Assembly: GCA_000708835.1 (NCBI GenBank)
Contig: DF236976.1
Span: 62,001 to 126,000 of the forward strand
DNA from: Klebsormidium nitens
Taxonomy: Eukaryota > Plantae > Klebsormidiophyceae
Length of the DNA stretch: 64,000 bases
Direction of reading: 5' to 3'
Shown one piece after another: positions 1 through 13,098 of this stretch. A program made the position numbers and the translations under genes. Positions within the stretch are counted from its first letter, which is position 1, and the number at the start of each line of letters is the position of its first letter. The notes below the pieces were generated by a model. The model was not told where the DNA came from. It worked only from the letters and a program-made list of their open reading frames with translations, and did no database searches.

Positions 1-1260
1 GTGCAACTCGTGCAGATCCAGAAAGCGCCCCAGCGCCTCCTCCCCCGTGAAGTAGACGGGCGGCTCTGCTTTGATATGTGCATCGAGATCCTCCTGCTCA
101 ACCGTGCGCGCGCTTGGGTGGCGCCGGTGGTAATCACGAATCTGCACAAGAGAGAGGAGAGGTCCGATTGCAGAGACAGATGCGAGAGCAACGGCGAAAC
201 CGTAGACCCTTGTTCCGAGTACGGGTTTCAAGCAGTTCCGGACATAGGGGACTGCTGTCCATTGCAGTTAGCGAGTGGGTGGCAACAAACAGTGTCTTGG
301 GTGGAAACTTGCGAGACACACCCGAGTTCCTGCTTACTCCTTGGTTGAGGGGGGAGAGGCTCCGTCATTTGGACACGAGCGTGCCGTTTCGTAGAGTTGC
401 AGGGCAAGTCAAAGGCACCTCCTTCGGTCAAGCTTGCCATATAGCTGGCTCTTAGAATCAAGTTGTCAAAGGTGGTTGGGGATGCAATGTTTACCTCTTT
501 CATACGATCATAGTAGGCGCTAAAGACATTCTGGTTTTCCGCTTGCAGCCCCCCGAGGGCAGCAATCTCCTCCTTCCTGGCGCCATCCGCATCCTCGTAG
601 ATCTCAACCTGTACCCATAAACACCGGATGAGGGAAGAGGCCAACACTCCGTTGGTAACACGTCATTCTCAAAGACCGTTAGTGTGTAGTAGCTTTCGCG
701 ACTCTGCCTACTCTGCAGAAAAAGCCCACACGATTTGGAAAAACTATTATGCCTGGATTACTGGTTTGTACGGATATTTGTGCACGGGCGATCTAAGCAA
801 AAGTCCCATGCCCCGGCAACAGAACTCGATGCCTCCAACACATGAGCTTGAGTCGCAACCCATTCAGCGCAAAGACTTGCGGCTGCAAACAAGGCTGAGC
901 GGAACGAGGCCAAGCAAAGGGATGTCAGAATCGTAAAGAAATGCACCCTAATGTCAGAATTGTAAAAGAAAAAAGCAGAATGAACGGCCGGGAAAGAAAT
1001 TTTCCAGCAGCAAACAGAGACTTCATATGCAGCACAAGCAACATCTTCTGACTGGTCGTCACCAAACACGAGCAGATTCTCACCAGCTTTCCGCTCGTGC
1101 TCGCTATTGCTTCCAAGAATCCCTTGACTCGGTGCCCTTGGTATAGCTTGTCCTTGTGAGCCTGCGACTCATTTGTCAGCCAGTCCCGGGCAATTAGACG
1201 CTCTAGCTTCTCAATTTCCTCGTGGTGAGCCCGCGTCTGCTCCAGTAGGGTGGACGACAT
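1..1260 (-). CDS. SF3A3: Splicing factor 3A subunit 3 (SF3a60/Prp9), 5' part; exons 1260-1084, 608-495, 141-<1; continues off the left edge
   Basis: Spliced translation MSSTLLEQTRAHHEEIEKLERLIARDW...YQGHRV...L|VEIYEDADGARKEEIAALGG...VFSAYYDRMKE|IRDYHRRHPSAR...FTGEEALGRFLDLHELH matches the SF3A3 N-terminus. GT/AG sites keep phase 0. Confidence 0.95.
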
Positions 1261-1499
1261 GACAAATGAGAAACCAGTCCAAAGAGCGTATAGCGTGCAA
1301 TGAAGAGCTGATGAGCTCGAGAAAAGCGCCCTCCCTCATGCGTGTGCTTATTAACACCCTGACTTTTGCCCCTCCTTTGCCGGGCACCATATCATTATCC
1401 CCCCACATATTTTAGCTTGAACCTATCTAGAGCGTGGTCGAATCGGAGTCGACAAGCTAGATTGATCCCGGCGGTCCGACGCTTGATGGTATTGGTAGA

Positions 1500-1620
1500 A
1501 GAACCATTAACGCGGCTGGCCGCGGCCGGGCGGCCGCCCGCCAGCCTGGCAACCGACTCGACCGGTCGGATGGTCACCGGACGTCATCGTGCCGTGATCA
1601 ATATGAGTCACGTAATTAAT
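1500..1620. promoter_or_regulatory. GC-rich core with ACGT motifs in the divergent SF3A3 / RLK intergenic region (putative promoter)
   Basis: CpG-dense run cggctggccgcggccgggcggccgcccgcc, plus gacgtca and cacgt, about 250-350 bp upstream of the SF3A3 ATG. Function is inferred from position. Confidence 0.3.
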
Positions 1621-2045
1621 GAAGAGGCAACTTTTTGCGGGATGATGCCCGCGACATGATGCCTCCGTGAACTGCGGAAAATATGACATGGATCCCCAAC
1701 GTCATATGAGGGACAATCTGAAAATAGAAAGGTAAAGACGACGACTGTAAAAGCCTGACGAAGAGAACTCAAAACTTTTAGATAGGACAAGATTTTGAAG
1801 CCAGGTACAAGACTGGGACTGGCAGAGCTCAATGCCCGGCGAAAATCGTTCCCAGCATTTTCGATTCGGACCCGTCTCGAGAGCATCCGCCGAGCTAGGA
1901 GCTATAAATTCAGCAGACTTTGAACCCCGCCTATATCGGCGGAACGGAAAATCTTGGGCCGATTTGGTGTCAGGCCATGGGCCATGTCAGATCGCCGGAT
2001 TCTTCGATAGGTTGTAACTTGTACGGTATCCCGATTCTCGAATCC

Positions 2046-2634
2046 TAGGCTCACTCCTGAGCAGGGATGCGGACAGGATTTTGCCCCGGGGCGCTTCTGC
2101 GCCCCGGGCCTTTGCCCTGGGGCGCTGGCCAGCTTCGCTGGGGCGCAGAAAGTAGTACCGGGCTCCAAATACGCCCGGTTCCCTTATCACGTGCTATATT
2201 ACGGGCCTGCATGAGACGCCTTATACTCCTCCAGAAGTTGAATTATCTATGGTACCTATTGGATCAAAACGCTACTGACTACATTTCGCTTATACAGGCA
2301 GTAGTTGCAAATATGTATAAGAAGATTTTCTCATCTGGCACAAATAGTCAGATAATGATCCAATAAAATGCTGGCAAGTAGGCACTTATAATACTGAGAT
2401 GCTCATCCAAATCGTCAGCCAGCGCTTATGGCATATGTCATCTCACCTGTAGTATAGCCTGTTCAAATTTTACCACATAAACTACCGAATATAGTCCATA
2501 TTCATGCTTAGGCCCAGATGTGCCCGGGGGCGCTTCTGCGCCCCGGCCCTCTGCCCGAGGGCGCAGGATATTTCCCGGGGGCGCTCCGCGCCCCATTCTG
2601 CGCCCCGCCAGCACCCCTGCTCCTGAGTCCTAGC
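2046..2634. repeat. MITE-like element with imperfect terminal inverted repeats and internal GC hairpin repeats
   Basis: ctaggctcactcctgagcagggatgc (2046) pairs imperfectly with gcacccctgctcctgagtcctag (ends about 2633). A ~44-bp direct repeat at 2082 and 2521 contains the hairpin ggggcgc-ttct-gcgcccc. Confidence 0.45.
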
Positions 2635-3090
2635 GTGCCCAATTCCACTGCCAGGGCCCAGCAGTGCCAGCACACCGCCTGAGGATGTACTTGTAGTACT
2701 AGAAGGACGACTCACTCCAAGTTCATTCGACAGTCTGAGCGTCCAGCATGCAGCAACTGCAGGATGCGAACGATGTCGGGCAGAAGGGCGCTGCTTACCA
2801 ATGCCGTGCATTCTCTAGCTTAGGTTGCAGCAGCTGAGAAACTAGCGAAGCCCCGCATTGCCTGGCTTGGACATGTTTGGCGATGACCAAAAGCTTTGGC
2901 CACAGCATTCATGGTCCGACTGGTTGATGTGACCCCGATTCTTCCGCGGATCAATTGGGGCGTTCTGCACACAAAGACTCTCATGAAAAGATAAGTGTGC
3001 CATTCCGAGAAGGCCCGTGGAACGCAGATAAACGCGAAGCTCCTGGGCGCAACGGCGGAGCTCAGAAGTAAAGCAATCACAAAGGGAGGG

Positions 3091-6000
3091 ATGGCGCTGA
3101 AGGGGTGCTGGCCCATAGTAGCATTGCTGGTGCTCCTGCTAGCTCTTCGGGTGTGCCAAGCAATCACTGAGCCAGACGAAGGTGAGGGGAGATCAAGGCT
3201 GTTCTTTCGCTGATGTAGAAAACATTCTACAAACCTCTTGATCGCGAGTGCTCTTTGTTTCTGCACTTGGTCTCTGCTGCTGTACATTGTTTACCACCCT
3301 CAGAACAGGTGCTTCTAGTGACTCGACGTCGACCTTGAAAAGGGGATTGTCTTCCAATCTTTCCGGGGAGGTGGGTGAGCATTCCCGATATGGTCGACAC
3401 AATAGTGAACATGGTGGTGGGCTTTTGCTTTTTCCAGACAATGTTGTCTCAAATTTGCTGGGAGCTTTCCCTGTTTGAATCCCTCAACCAGGGCCTGGAA
3501 GCCAGCATATCGAAAGTCCTGGCTTTATAAAATTTTACTGTCAAGTCAAGCTATATCATAACTGAACTGCTGACTCTTCGCAGAAAGTTGCAACTTTGCT
3601 TGTCTGAAGCCCTGACCAGACGTTGCAAAAGCCCATGTCTTCTTCGGTTATGAGCATTTGCTTCTGAGACTGTTCATGAAAAGATGTGTCTCAGGACACA
3701 CTAACGTTCAGGATCAAACGCCAGCATTGAGTTGTTGAAGGAGGTTGGCAATAGCATGAAAAGTTGAGCTACGAACCAGTCCCCAATATACTGACCATCA
3801 TCATGGTCAGATCTTTAAACATGAAGAAAAGTAAAGTTTAGATTGCCCTACTCAAAGGTGCTCAAACCTCAACACAACCAAGCACACGGCGTTGGCTTGT
3901 GCAATGACTTCTCTGCACAGTGGCCTCGTTGTCAGAATGCAAGTCACACACTCCAAAGCATTTGTCGAGCTCCGTTGGTAGGTAGACTTGATTTACTCTG
4001 AAATATGAAGACCTCAGCTTGCCTCTGAGCTCATGCCACTCCGAAAGCCTCAAGGCTTCCTTACGCGTCCGACAAGCCAAGCTGCAAACTTTGCCCTCAC
4101 CAAACATTGGTATATTCCCACTTAGAGCATGAGAGATACCTCAGCCTGGGCCCTGAACTATTTTTTATTTTATACTCTGCCACAATTGTCATTATCACCC
4201 AGCTCTGTTCTTTCACCCTGCCTTTATTCCCCATAATCCTAAAGTCACGGAATGGTGCCCCGACCTTTCAAAGATTTCTACAAACTGTCTGCTGATCTTC
4301 CCAATCCTACTTTGTACCACTTTGCGAAATCTGCTGAACCCCGTCCCTACCCTGCAGTGAGCGCACTCCTTGCCATGAAAGAGGGCTGGGGCAATCCTGC
4401 TTCCCTGGTTGGTTGGAACTCCTCCTCCGACCCATGTGAACAGACGTGGCGAGGCATCTTATGCAGCCCAACATCACAGAGCGGCAACCGGCGCATCACA
4501 GGGATGTGAGTCATGTATCTTCAGTGGTTTGAGAGTTCAGAATTCTGGACTTAGCGCAGGCCCAAACGTGTAGACCTTCAGTTGCCCAAGTCTTAGAGGT
4601 TGAGTCATCCATGTATCGGCAGATAGCACAAGCTTAGGGTGGAAATCGTATTCTATCATGGGTTTGATCATGTAAAAATCTGTCGACAGCGATCGCTATC
4701 TGCCCTTGCTGAGTGTCCAATCTGCATCTTCTGCTTTTGCACCTTCTACTAACATTGTCATTTTCCCGGTCTTGTCTGTGCAGCCAGCTTCCGGGCAACT
4801 TCTTCAACGGGACGCTTTCATCGGCAGTCGGTGCCTTGACCTCCCTCACCCTGCTGGACCTGAACGGAAACTTGCTCACGGGAGCCATGCCGCCCGAAGT
4901 GGGAAACCTGAGGTCGCTTCAGGTATGATAGTCAATTCTGATTCTGGTCATCTTGTAACTTTGCTTTTGACGGTCTCTGAGAAAGTTTACTCGTTGGCTG
5001 CGAGGATCGAAACAAGTGCAACTTTGGCCAGGCAGAGCAAGTCTTGCCGGCCTGCTCTGTGGTGCAGTCCAATGTGTTGCTGAATTGACAACGAGGCCTT
5101 CTCTCTTCCCTTACTCGTTGCTCCCTTCACAGCCAGCGCACTCAGAAACCTCAGACATTGGTTCTGCCGCAAAGCTCAAACCTCTCTGTTGCAGAAATTC
5201 TATCAAGTTTTTTCTCGCCAGCATCAACTCGACCGTCAGCCGAATCAAAGGCTAACAACGTAGGCCTGAACACCGCTCACTGTTTCCACCTTTTGTATCC
5301 ATGCAAGCATCACGACTCTCTTTGGAAATCCGCCCTGGGTTTCTACTTGATGATGCAGCCTAACCAAGACACACCTCTCTCGGTCCTGCAGCGTTTCGTG
5401 ATCCATGGCAACAACTTCAGCGGACCGCTTGACCCGTGGTTACCCAAATTGGCAAACCTGCGCATTGCGGATTTTGGCATGAACCGATTCAGCGGGCCTT
5501 TCCCAGACAGCATCGGCAACGCCCTCAACACCCTTCAGAACCTGTGAGCCACTTTACACTGGACGCCCTCGATACGGTCTCCGCTTGCTGCAAAAGGCTA
5601 CTGCGTTAAATTGCTGCCTTAATCTTAGAGGGTGTTTGGACCGGCTGCCCACGATGACATACGGCTGAGGGATCTTCCTTCGGTCTGAGAACTCATTTCA
5701 GCGGAGTCTGCTCTTCCAGTGCACTTACGTCGGAAGCGGACTCGGGATTGAACTCGGAAAGACGACTTCAGTCCCATGTTAGTCAGTCGCAGCTTCAGGT
5801 TACGTCTTGACAAAACTTTTGGGAGTGTCTACTTCCCCGCCTTATCTTCAAAATTTTATCATACCTCCAGGGACTGTACGCTGTGTTCGCTCTCCGGCCC
5901 CATTCCTGCCAGCGTGGGCCTCCTTAGCAGCCTCCAGATGCTCGGCCTGGGGGGTAACAACCTCACTGGAATCATCCCCCCCGAAATTGGGTCCATCGGC

Positions 6001-9000
6001 GGGCTACAGTTTCTGTAAGAATGACAAACGCTTTCTTTACACCAGTCCCCTGGAGCATAGTTCTTTCTGTGCACCTTCAGATCTCGAGGGTGCTATTGCC
6101 CTCCACAGCGCCAAGCCGCACAGTCTCTTTTTACAAGTTAACCATAAGTCGTTCAACAGATGATTCTGACGCCTTGCTGCTGTCCAGAAGTTACTAAAGG
6201 TCGGTGCCGTCTCAAGGGGTGTTGTCCGGAAGTCGGAAGAGAAGCAGAGGGAGGGCTACCTTTCTAAGTCCGGATCGGCGGCCTCCGCGTTCAACCGCAC
6301 GGCACTCGATCGGATGCATTGAAGTACAGTGTTCAAGCAAGGATGTTCTTGGTAACTCTTTACCATGCTCCGTTTTCACGTTGTTCCGCTCTTCCGGTGC
6401 AGGAACCTGCAGAACAACAGCCTCAGCGGACCCGTGCCATCCGAGCTGGCCGCTCTCACCAACCTTCAAATGCTGTGAGTGCGCCAGACTATTGACACGT
6501 GGCAACATGACAGTGGCGCTAGCATGCTTCCGCCGCATGGCTAATGGCTTTACTGCGATGTTGATGTTTTACGGTCTTTGATCAGCCCTAGTGTCGTGGA
6601 AAGCGAATAACGATGTCGAGCTCCAGAGGACTGCTTTGTAACATCGCCTCACTCAACGCCGCTTCAAATTTTGGACAGAAAAAGCGTTCTTCTGAAAGAA
6701 TACACAATCTGTTGGAAAGTCTAGAGAAGAGGGACGCACCCAAAACCTTGGCTTGGAAGCCAGGTAGACGCGTAGCCTTACCTTTTTACCCGCGAGTGTG
6801 TGTTCCTGCAGGCTCCTGGCATTCAACGACCTGACAGGACCAGTCCCCACAAGCATTCTGTCAAACCCGGCGGTCCTGGCACGGTGAGAGGTCGAGCCTA
6901 GGGCGTTACCGGAAAAATAAGGACCTAGGGAATCCGAGAAGGAAACTTTTAGAGGTCCTTACAGCGATAGGTTGAAGGTCTGATTGCAGTCTGCGGTAAG
7001 CGTCCAAGCAGTCCCGACGCTGGGTTGTTTCCGAGTTCTTGCTAGCAGTTTTTACTTGTCAGTAAAGCAAGGACCATTTGAGAGTTCGCCAATGTTGGGC
7101 TCAATGCAGACCGGCCGTGCATGCGAGACCCCCTTTTACCTTGCTTAGCTCTCCAACCCAGAACCCTCTGTAATCAGTACTCATGCCACCGAGCCTGTAT
7201 GCTCCGGTTTCTCAGCACGCGCACCATCAAACCACTGCTCTACTTTGCAACAGGTTCGACGGAAACCCTCTGTGCTCCCTTCCGGCAAACGCGCCGGTCT
7301 GTACCGGCCCAAGCCTTCCTCCCCTGGGGATGCCCCCGGGGGGACCCGGGCCCGGCTTTGGGGGGCCCGGCTTTGGGGGACCGGGCCAACCGGGGGGTGG
7401 CCCCCCAGTTGGCCCGGGAGGAGGCGCACCCGTCGTCACTGCTGCTGTGAGCCGTGCTCTGATCGCGATGAAAGCTGTCGCAAAACTTTGTGCGTTTAGG
7501 ACTAGAACTCTGTTTAGGAGTTTGGTGCTGACGATAGAAGCTGCGGACCGCGAGGCACGAGGACTACGGTTGCGCGCTTTTCCGAGCAGAAGCGCGAGGA
7601 CAGCCCTCTCCTTGAACAACAGAAGTCGCTTCAATAGGATATCATCTCAGGATCCGGCACGGTTTCTAACGCGATACCTCCTATCGCGCAGCAGATCCCG
7701 TTGCTCGACTCCTTGAAGACCAAAGTGTGGGCCAAAATCTGCGCCTTCGAAGCACTTCGGGTGCTCCAAGAACTCTGAACCGGTTTTGCATTTTGCGATA
7801 TCGCCCAGGCTCCAGCAGTCTCCCCGGCTGCAGCACCCACCCCCCTGGCAGCAGCACCTAGCCCGGTTCCATCAACCGGGGCCTCGACCGGGTCTGCAGC
7901 GGTGCCAAGCTCCTCTTCCTGGGGAGCCAACCAGAGCGAGCCGGCCAGCGCGGCGGCCGCGACTTCGACGACTCTGAGCAACAGTTTCAACCCACCCTTG
8001 ACCACGGACAGCGGTGTGAATACACTCTTTGACTTCCCTCCGTCAAATTGCTCATCTCGTTAGACGTGCCTGGTGTTCTTGATTGTCTCCTATACGACGG
8101 CAGACAGACGACGCCGGTGCTGACATATTGGAGGCTCTATCGTTAATTGCGAAGCAGAGACGAGATTGGTACGCTAGACTCGCGATATTCTTCTGCCGAG
8201 TTCCTCAACCATTCAGAAGGCTTGGGTATGGAGCGACTCTTGAAAGCGAACAGCAACAACTGCAAAGACGTTGGCAGTTGGTATGTGAAGTCATCAGAAG
8301 GTTGTTAGAGGAAGTCGCTTGCACTTTCGCAAAGCGACTGCAGATGCCACCACATGACCAACTCGCAGGTGTCGACCACGACTTTCCAGGTCACGACACA
8401 GAGGAAACATCGCCATAAATCCTCAAATTCTAAGAATGAAACAAACAAACTCCAGTACGAATCCGAACAGCAACGCTCCTCCGCGCGCGCAGGTTCCTCG
8501 TTTCCGCTGGGTGCCACGATCGGGATCATCCTGGGCGCGGCTTCGCTGGTGGCGATGTGCATCTTCTTCGCGCTGCTAGTTGTGTTCCGGCGGCGGCAGG
8601 ACAAAGAGCTGGCGGATAGCCTCAAGGGCGCGGCGCTCCTGGGCAGCGCCGGAACCGCATCGGGAAGCGCCGGAAGCGGAACCGCCCCGCCAGCCACGCC
8701 AACGTCAGGTGAGGCACCGCGGATACACGCGCGCACACCGTCCAGGTGAATTTGCCAAAGTACAAGAGCTTAAACTCGCAGCACAGCCGGCCGATCTCGA
8801 ATGATCTGCGCTCGTGGGCAGCGCGAGAATCGCCCCGCCTGCCACGCCCACCTCAGGTTACGTTACTTAACCCTTAAGGTCAGTGCGGGACAGGTTGATT
8901 CATTCAACAAAACAGGTGGGGGCGGGTGCGCAGCGCGTAAGCCTTTGGTTTGGGGTTTTCCTTAGGTCGAGGTCTATTTTTCACGGGCTCACTGTTCACT

Positions 9001-12000
9001 GAACACTGAATCGAGAGTCGGAGGTGTGTCATGTTTAGCATCGGCCGGAAACTGCCCGGTCTTCTGTCCTTGTCTCCTATCAAAGTACAGGTAGGAAGAG
9101 TCTTTTCACAGCTGACAGCGTGTAAGTTCAGTACGTCCTGATATACGTTATTTTCATTGAAGGACCGCAGATGCGCTTTCACGCGCTCCGGTCGAAGTGA
9201 GGTCTAACGAAGTGCGCGACTTTTAAATAGGGCGCTTGTGTATGTTGGAGGCACAGAGATTATGCTTTCGTGCCACAATAAAGCCAGACCCCTCTCTCTG
9301 ATTGGGGCGCACCCCTCTGCAAGCAGCACACGTAAGCGATCCCTCATAACCCGCCGTTGAATATTGTCCATCGCCCACAAAGCACGCGCACGTCCTTTCG
9401 CAGGATCCGACACGTGGAGCGACAAGCTCTTCTCGCTGACCATCGCGCCGGGCAGCCAATCCGGCTCGTCGCCGCAGACCTCCGGCGACCACGGCAAGCC
9501 GGAGCCCGCCAACCTGGTCGCCCCGCTTCTGTTTACATTCAAGGCACTGCAGAAGATGACGGACGGCTTCGACCCGGCGCGCCAGGTCGGGGAGGGCGGG
9601 TTTGGCAAGGTCTATTGGGCGCGCAGTAAGGACCGGGATGTGGCGGTCAAGCGGCTCGACAAGGACGCCGCTACGTCCGCGAAATATGTACGTTTTCCCT
9701 CTTTGGGGGTTGTGAGCCCTTGTCTCCTCTGAACGTGTTCACAATCGCCGACACGTCTTCGAGGTTTTGACTCCGTCTTGGGCACGGGCTTCAGCCCTGT
9801 CATTCCGCGAGATACACGTTTCTGTTTGTAAATTCTCGTGAAAGACACGCTTCTTCGCTTCTAATGTTTTGAAAAATGGTCAACATTTCCTTACTTTCGA
9901 AAAGAACAGAGAGCCTACGGTCGTTCGCCTTGTGGAACGATGCTCCGGCGATAGGTTTGATTCGCTAACATTCAGGAGCGAATTGACGCTCCAGCCCCAC
10001 GAGTCTCGGACGGGCATTGCTCCGATTGGTCCTAGAACCCCTCCTAATCCACCAAGTGTCAAACAGCACATGACTTGCACTTTTGCAAGTCTGATGCCAC
10101 GTGTCCCCTTCTCTGCAGGGTGAGAAGCAGTTCCGCACGGAGGTCGACGTGCTGAGCCGCATCCGGCACCCCCACCTGCTCGCGCTCATTGGCTACTGCG
10201 CCGACGGCGGCGAGCGCGCGCTCGTGTACCCGCTCATGCAGAACCACAGCCTCTTCGACCAACTGCATCGTGAGATTTCCCGTCGCTCTGATTGCCGCTG
10301 CATCTGAGGTTAGCGGCGTGCTATTTGGGTTGCCCTCGCACCGCTGCTCAGTGGGCTACGTTACACAAGTTCCGTTGTTTTTGCGGTTCGATTGATGCTG
10401 GTCTTGGCTCGTCAATGTAGCTGGAGTGACATGGTATCCAATCATTTGTGCTTCGTTAGTTTCCTTCTCAGCCGATAAGTCGGCGGGTTTGTCCAAATAT
10501 TGAACTACCGCCCTCTCTCCTGTCACTGCCTCTTCGAAGCTGCTTCGTCTCATGCCCTCCCTGTTTTCAAATCATCGCCTAAGTTTGTGTCCAAGTCCAG
10601 CCCTCTGCAGCGCAATCATCACTGTACGAATGCGGTTCGCGCAACCCTCTTCAACAACTTTTGGAGCAGTACGTAAAGACCTCCAGGCGCTTGCTCTCAC
10701 AGGGCAGTCGCCCCTCCGCTTTTCTGCAGGTGCCCCGAAGCCTTGCCCAGCTCTGGCTACGTGGCGCAAGCGCCTCACGATCGCCACCCAAGCCGCGAGC
10801 GCCCTGGCCTATCTGCACAACGAGGCTTCCCCGCCCGTCATTCACAGGTAAAGACCTAATCAGTCTTTTGGGTCTTATTTGAAGCGCTTCCGTTGAGAGA
10901 TTAATCAGTCCACGGCCAAGAGCGCTTTCACGACCATCGAGCCATCGCCATCTTTGGAAAAGAAACGCTTTTGGAAGGGCTTAACTAGTTTCGCGGAACT
11001 CGGAAGGAGTGCCGCAGTGATGGGTATATAATTGCTTTGAATATCGACTCGACTTCTTGTTTCTCGACAATCACATGTGAAAATGAGGCTTCAGAACGGC
11101 TGCAAAAGACTTCCCCTTCCTTGCAGAGACTTCACCAGCAGCAACGTATTGTTGGACGGCGGCTGGACGGCGGTAGTGTCCGACTTCGGTCTGGCCAAGC
11201 TCATGTCCAAAGCGGGCACGCCCAGTATGGTGCAGTCGACCCGCCTGCACGGCACGCTCGGCTACCTGGCGCCAGAGTAAGCGCCGGATGTCAAAATTAC
11301 TTCGTTTGGCTAAGTTGCGGTTTACAATTCTGGGTGCTTGTGTCAACTTTTGCTGCATTTATTCAGGCCTTGCAGAGTACCGAGTGGGTTCGGATTAGAA
11401 GTTGGGCAAAATCTGCAGAATGCTGTCGAGGATTGTTTCTCTATCAACGCTTACGAGGCTTGCGTTGTAAGCGAGTGCGGCAGAGCTGACTGAAAGGCCG
11501 CAGCACGGAATAAAACTAGATACGTGAAAGAACGCGCATGTTGACGACTATTTCATAACTGTGGCGCCAAGAAAGTCTACGTCGACATCAGTACCTCGGC
11601 GTGGCTTCATGCCCCGCCCATCTGAGCATCGGCCGTTCTGCTGAACTTCAAAAATGATACTTTCGGGACTGACGGTCCGTTCCCTCCCGACTGTCTGCTT
11701 GAGGTCGACGTCTTCGCACTCAGCATTTGCATCCCTCGCAGTTCTTGAGTCTTGACACCATCTTACTCTCTTCGATCCAGGTACTTGCGCGGTCACGTCA
11801 CCGTGAAGAATGACGTGTACAGCTTCGGCGTGGTCCTGCTGGAGCTGCTGTCCGGCCGCCGCGCCGCGGCGTCCGAAGAGTTCGACCTCGTCCAGTGGGC
11901 CGCTGACGTCATCGACGGGCCGCCCCCGGCGCTCCCCAAGCTGCTGGACCCGGCCGTCAAGGTGTGGCCCGTCTCATCCGTCACGTCAGCAAGAGAGGCA

Positions 12001-13098
12001 TGGAAGAGAGGCATGCTTACATGGTTACAACGTGCATGTGTCTGAGGTCGTTCTATCTCTGAAATGCCGGATTCGTCCTTTGTTTAGTCCCCCAATACCG
12101 AACCTTTATTTCGTGCTTTAGGTGAATATCAATTCATGTTATATGTGCGGTAAAATCTACGCAATTGCTGGAGTCCCTCTTTCTTCGAACACGCCAGCGC
12201 TATCTGAGAGATGTTGAGATAGGACAATCTCATCCCAGCGATGCTTTTTCTCTTCGCAGGACGAGGCGCCGGAGGAGCTCCTGACGGCAGCGGTGCGCGT
12301 GGCGCGCGCATGCGTCGAAACGGACCCCAAGCGGCGGCCGCGCATGAACGAGGTCTACACCTCGCTCACAGTGGCCCTTGAGGTATGGACTGTTTTCGGA
12401 AAAAGCATGTTCGCAAAGAAGTCTCGGGCTTTCCGAACTTGGATGTTTCCTCAAACAACACGGGGTTCGCAAGTCGAGTACAAAATGGAGGTCGACGATG
12501 CGCGTCCGATCTCGGACAAGAAATCTAAGAAGGGATGTGAGATCGGTTGCTATGTAAGAGCCATTGAAATAGTCCGCCAACTCTTCGAAAGTTTAAGCAG
12601 TTCTTGCATTGAGAACATCAGCATACCCCCGGTGAATCACACTGGGCGTTTGATTGGAACAATGGGGCACCGGTGGTTCCCCTCAAGGCTGCTTATGGCA
12701 AGGCTCGCTGCGAGACCCTTTTCTACTCGTCGAACTGTAAAAACATCAGCTCAACATACAAAGACCTTCTTGCAGATTCTCAATCGCGTTGAAAGTCGGC
12801 TATCTCGATTCGTACTGGACCTCAAAAACCTCAGGCCGGGCTTGTTGGAGCCATGTCTTCCCAGGCTGTCCCAAATCTGGGGCCATGAAATTGCTTCTGG
12901 AAGAAATTTCTTTGTCCATTACATATTGACCCTGAACCCATATTGACCCTGAACCCAACGACTGACTTTTGAGACCTTTGTTCGCAGGCGGCTTACGGCG
13001 AAAATTCCGGCCTGATTGTCAGCAAGCCGTTGGCGATCTCGAGGCCGGCAGCAGAGGCACACGCCGTGGTCAATATTCCAGAGGCGGAGTCAATCTAA
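3091..13098 (+). CDS. Leucine-rich repeat receptor-like Ser/Thr kinase, 17 exons, 849 aa
   Basis: Exons 3091-3181, 4358-4505, 4784-4922, 5392-5543, 5871-6014, 6403-6474, 6812-6883, 7254-7446, 7809-8013, 8493-8708, 9404-9687, 10119-10269, 10730-10847, 11127-11276, 11781-11961, 12260-12382, 12988-13098 sum to 2550 nt in frame. Signal peptide, LRRNT (W..SSDPC..W.GI.C), about 8 plant LRRs (72/144-nt exons), NPLC..C cap, TM ([26 protein letters not shown]), kinase motifs [34 protein letters not shown]. Confidence 0.95.
12922..12955. repeat. Perfect 17-bp tandem duplication in the last RLK intron
   Basis: catattgaccctgaacc x2. Confidence 0.9.
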
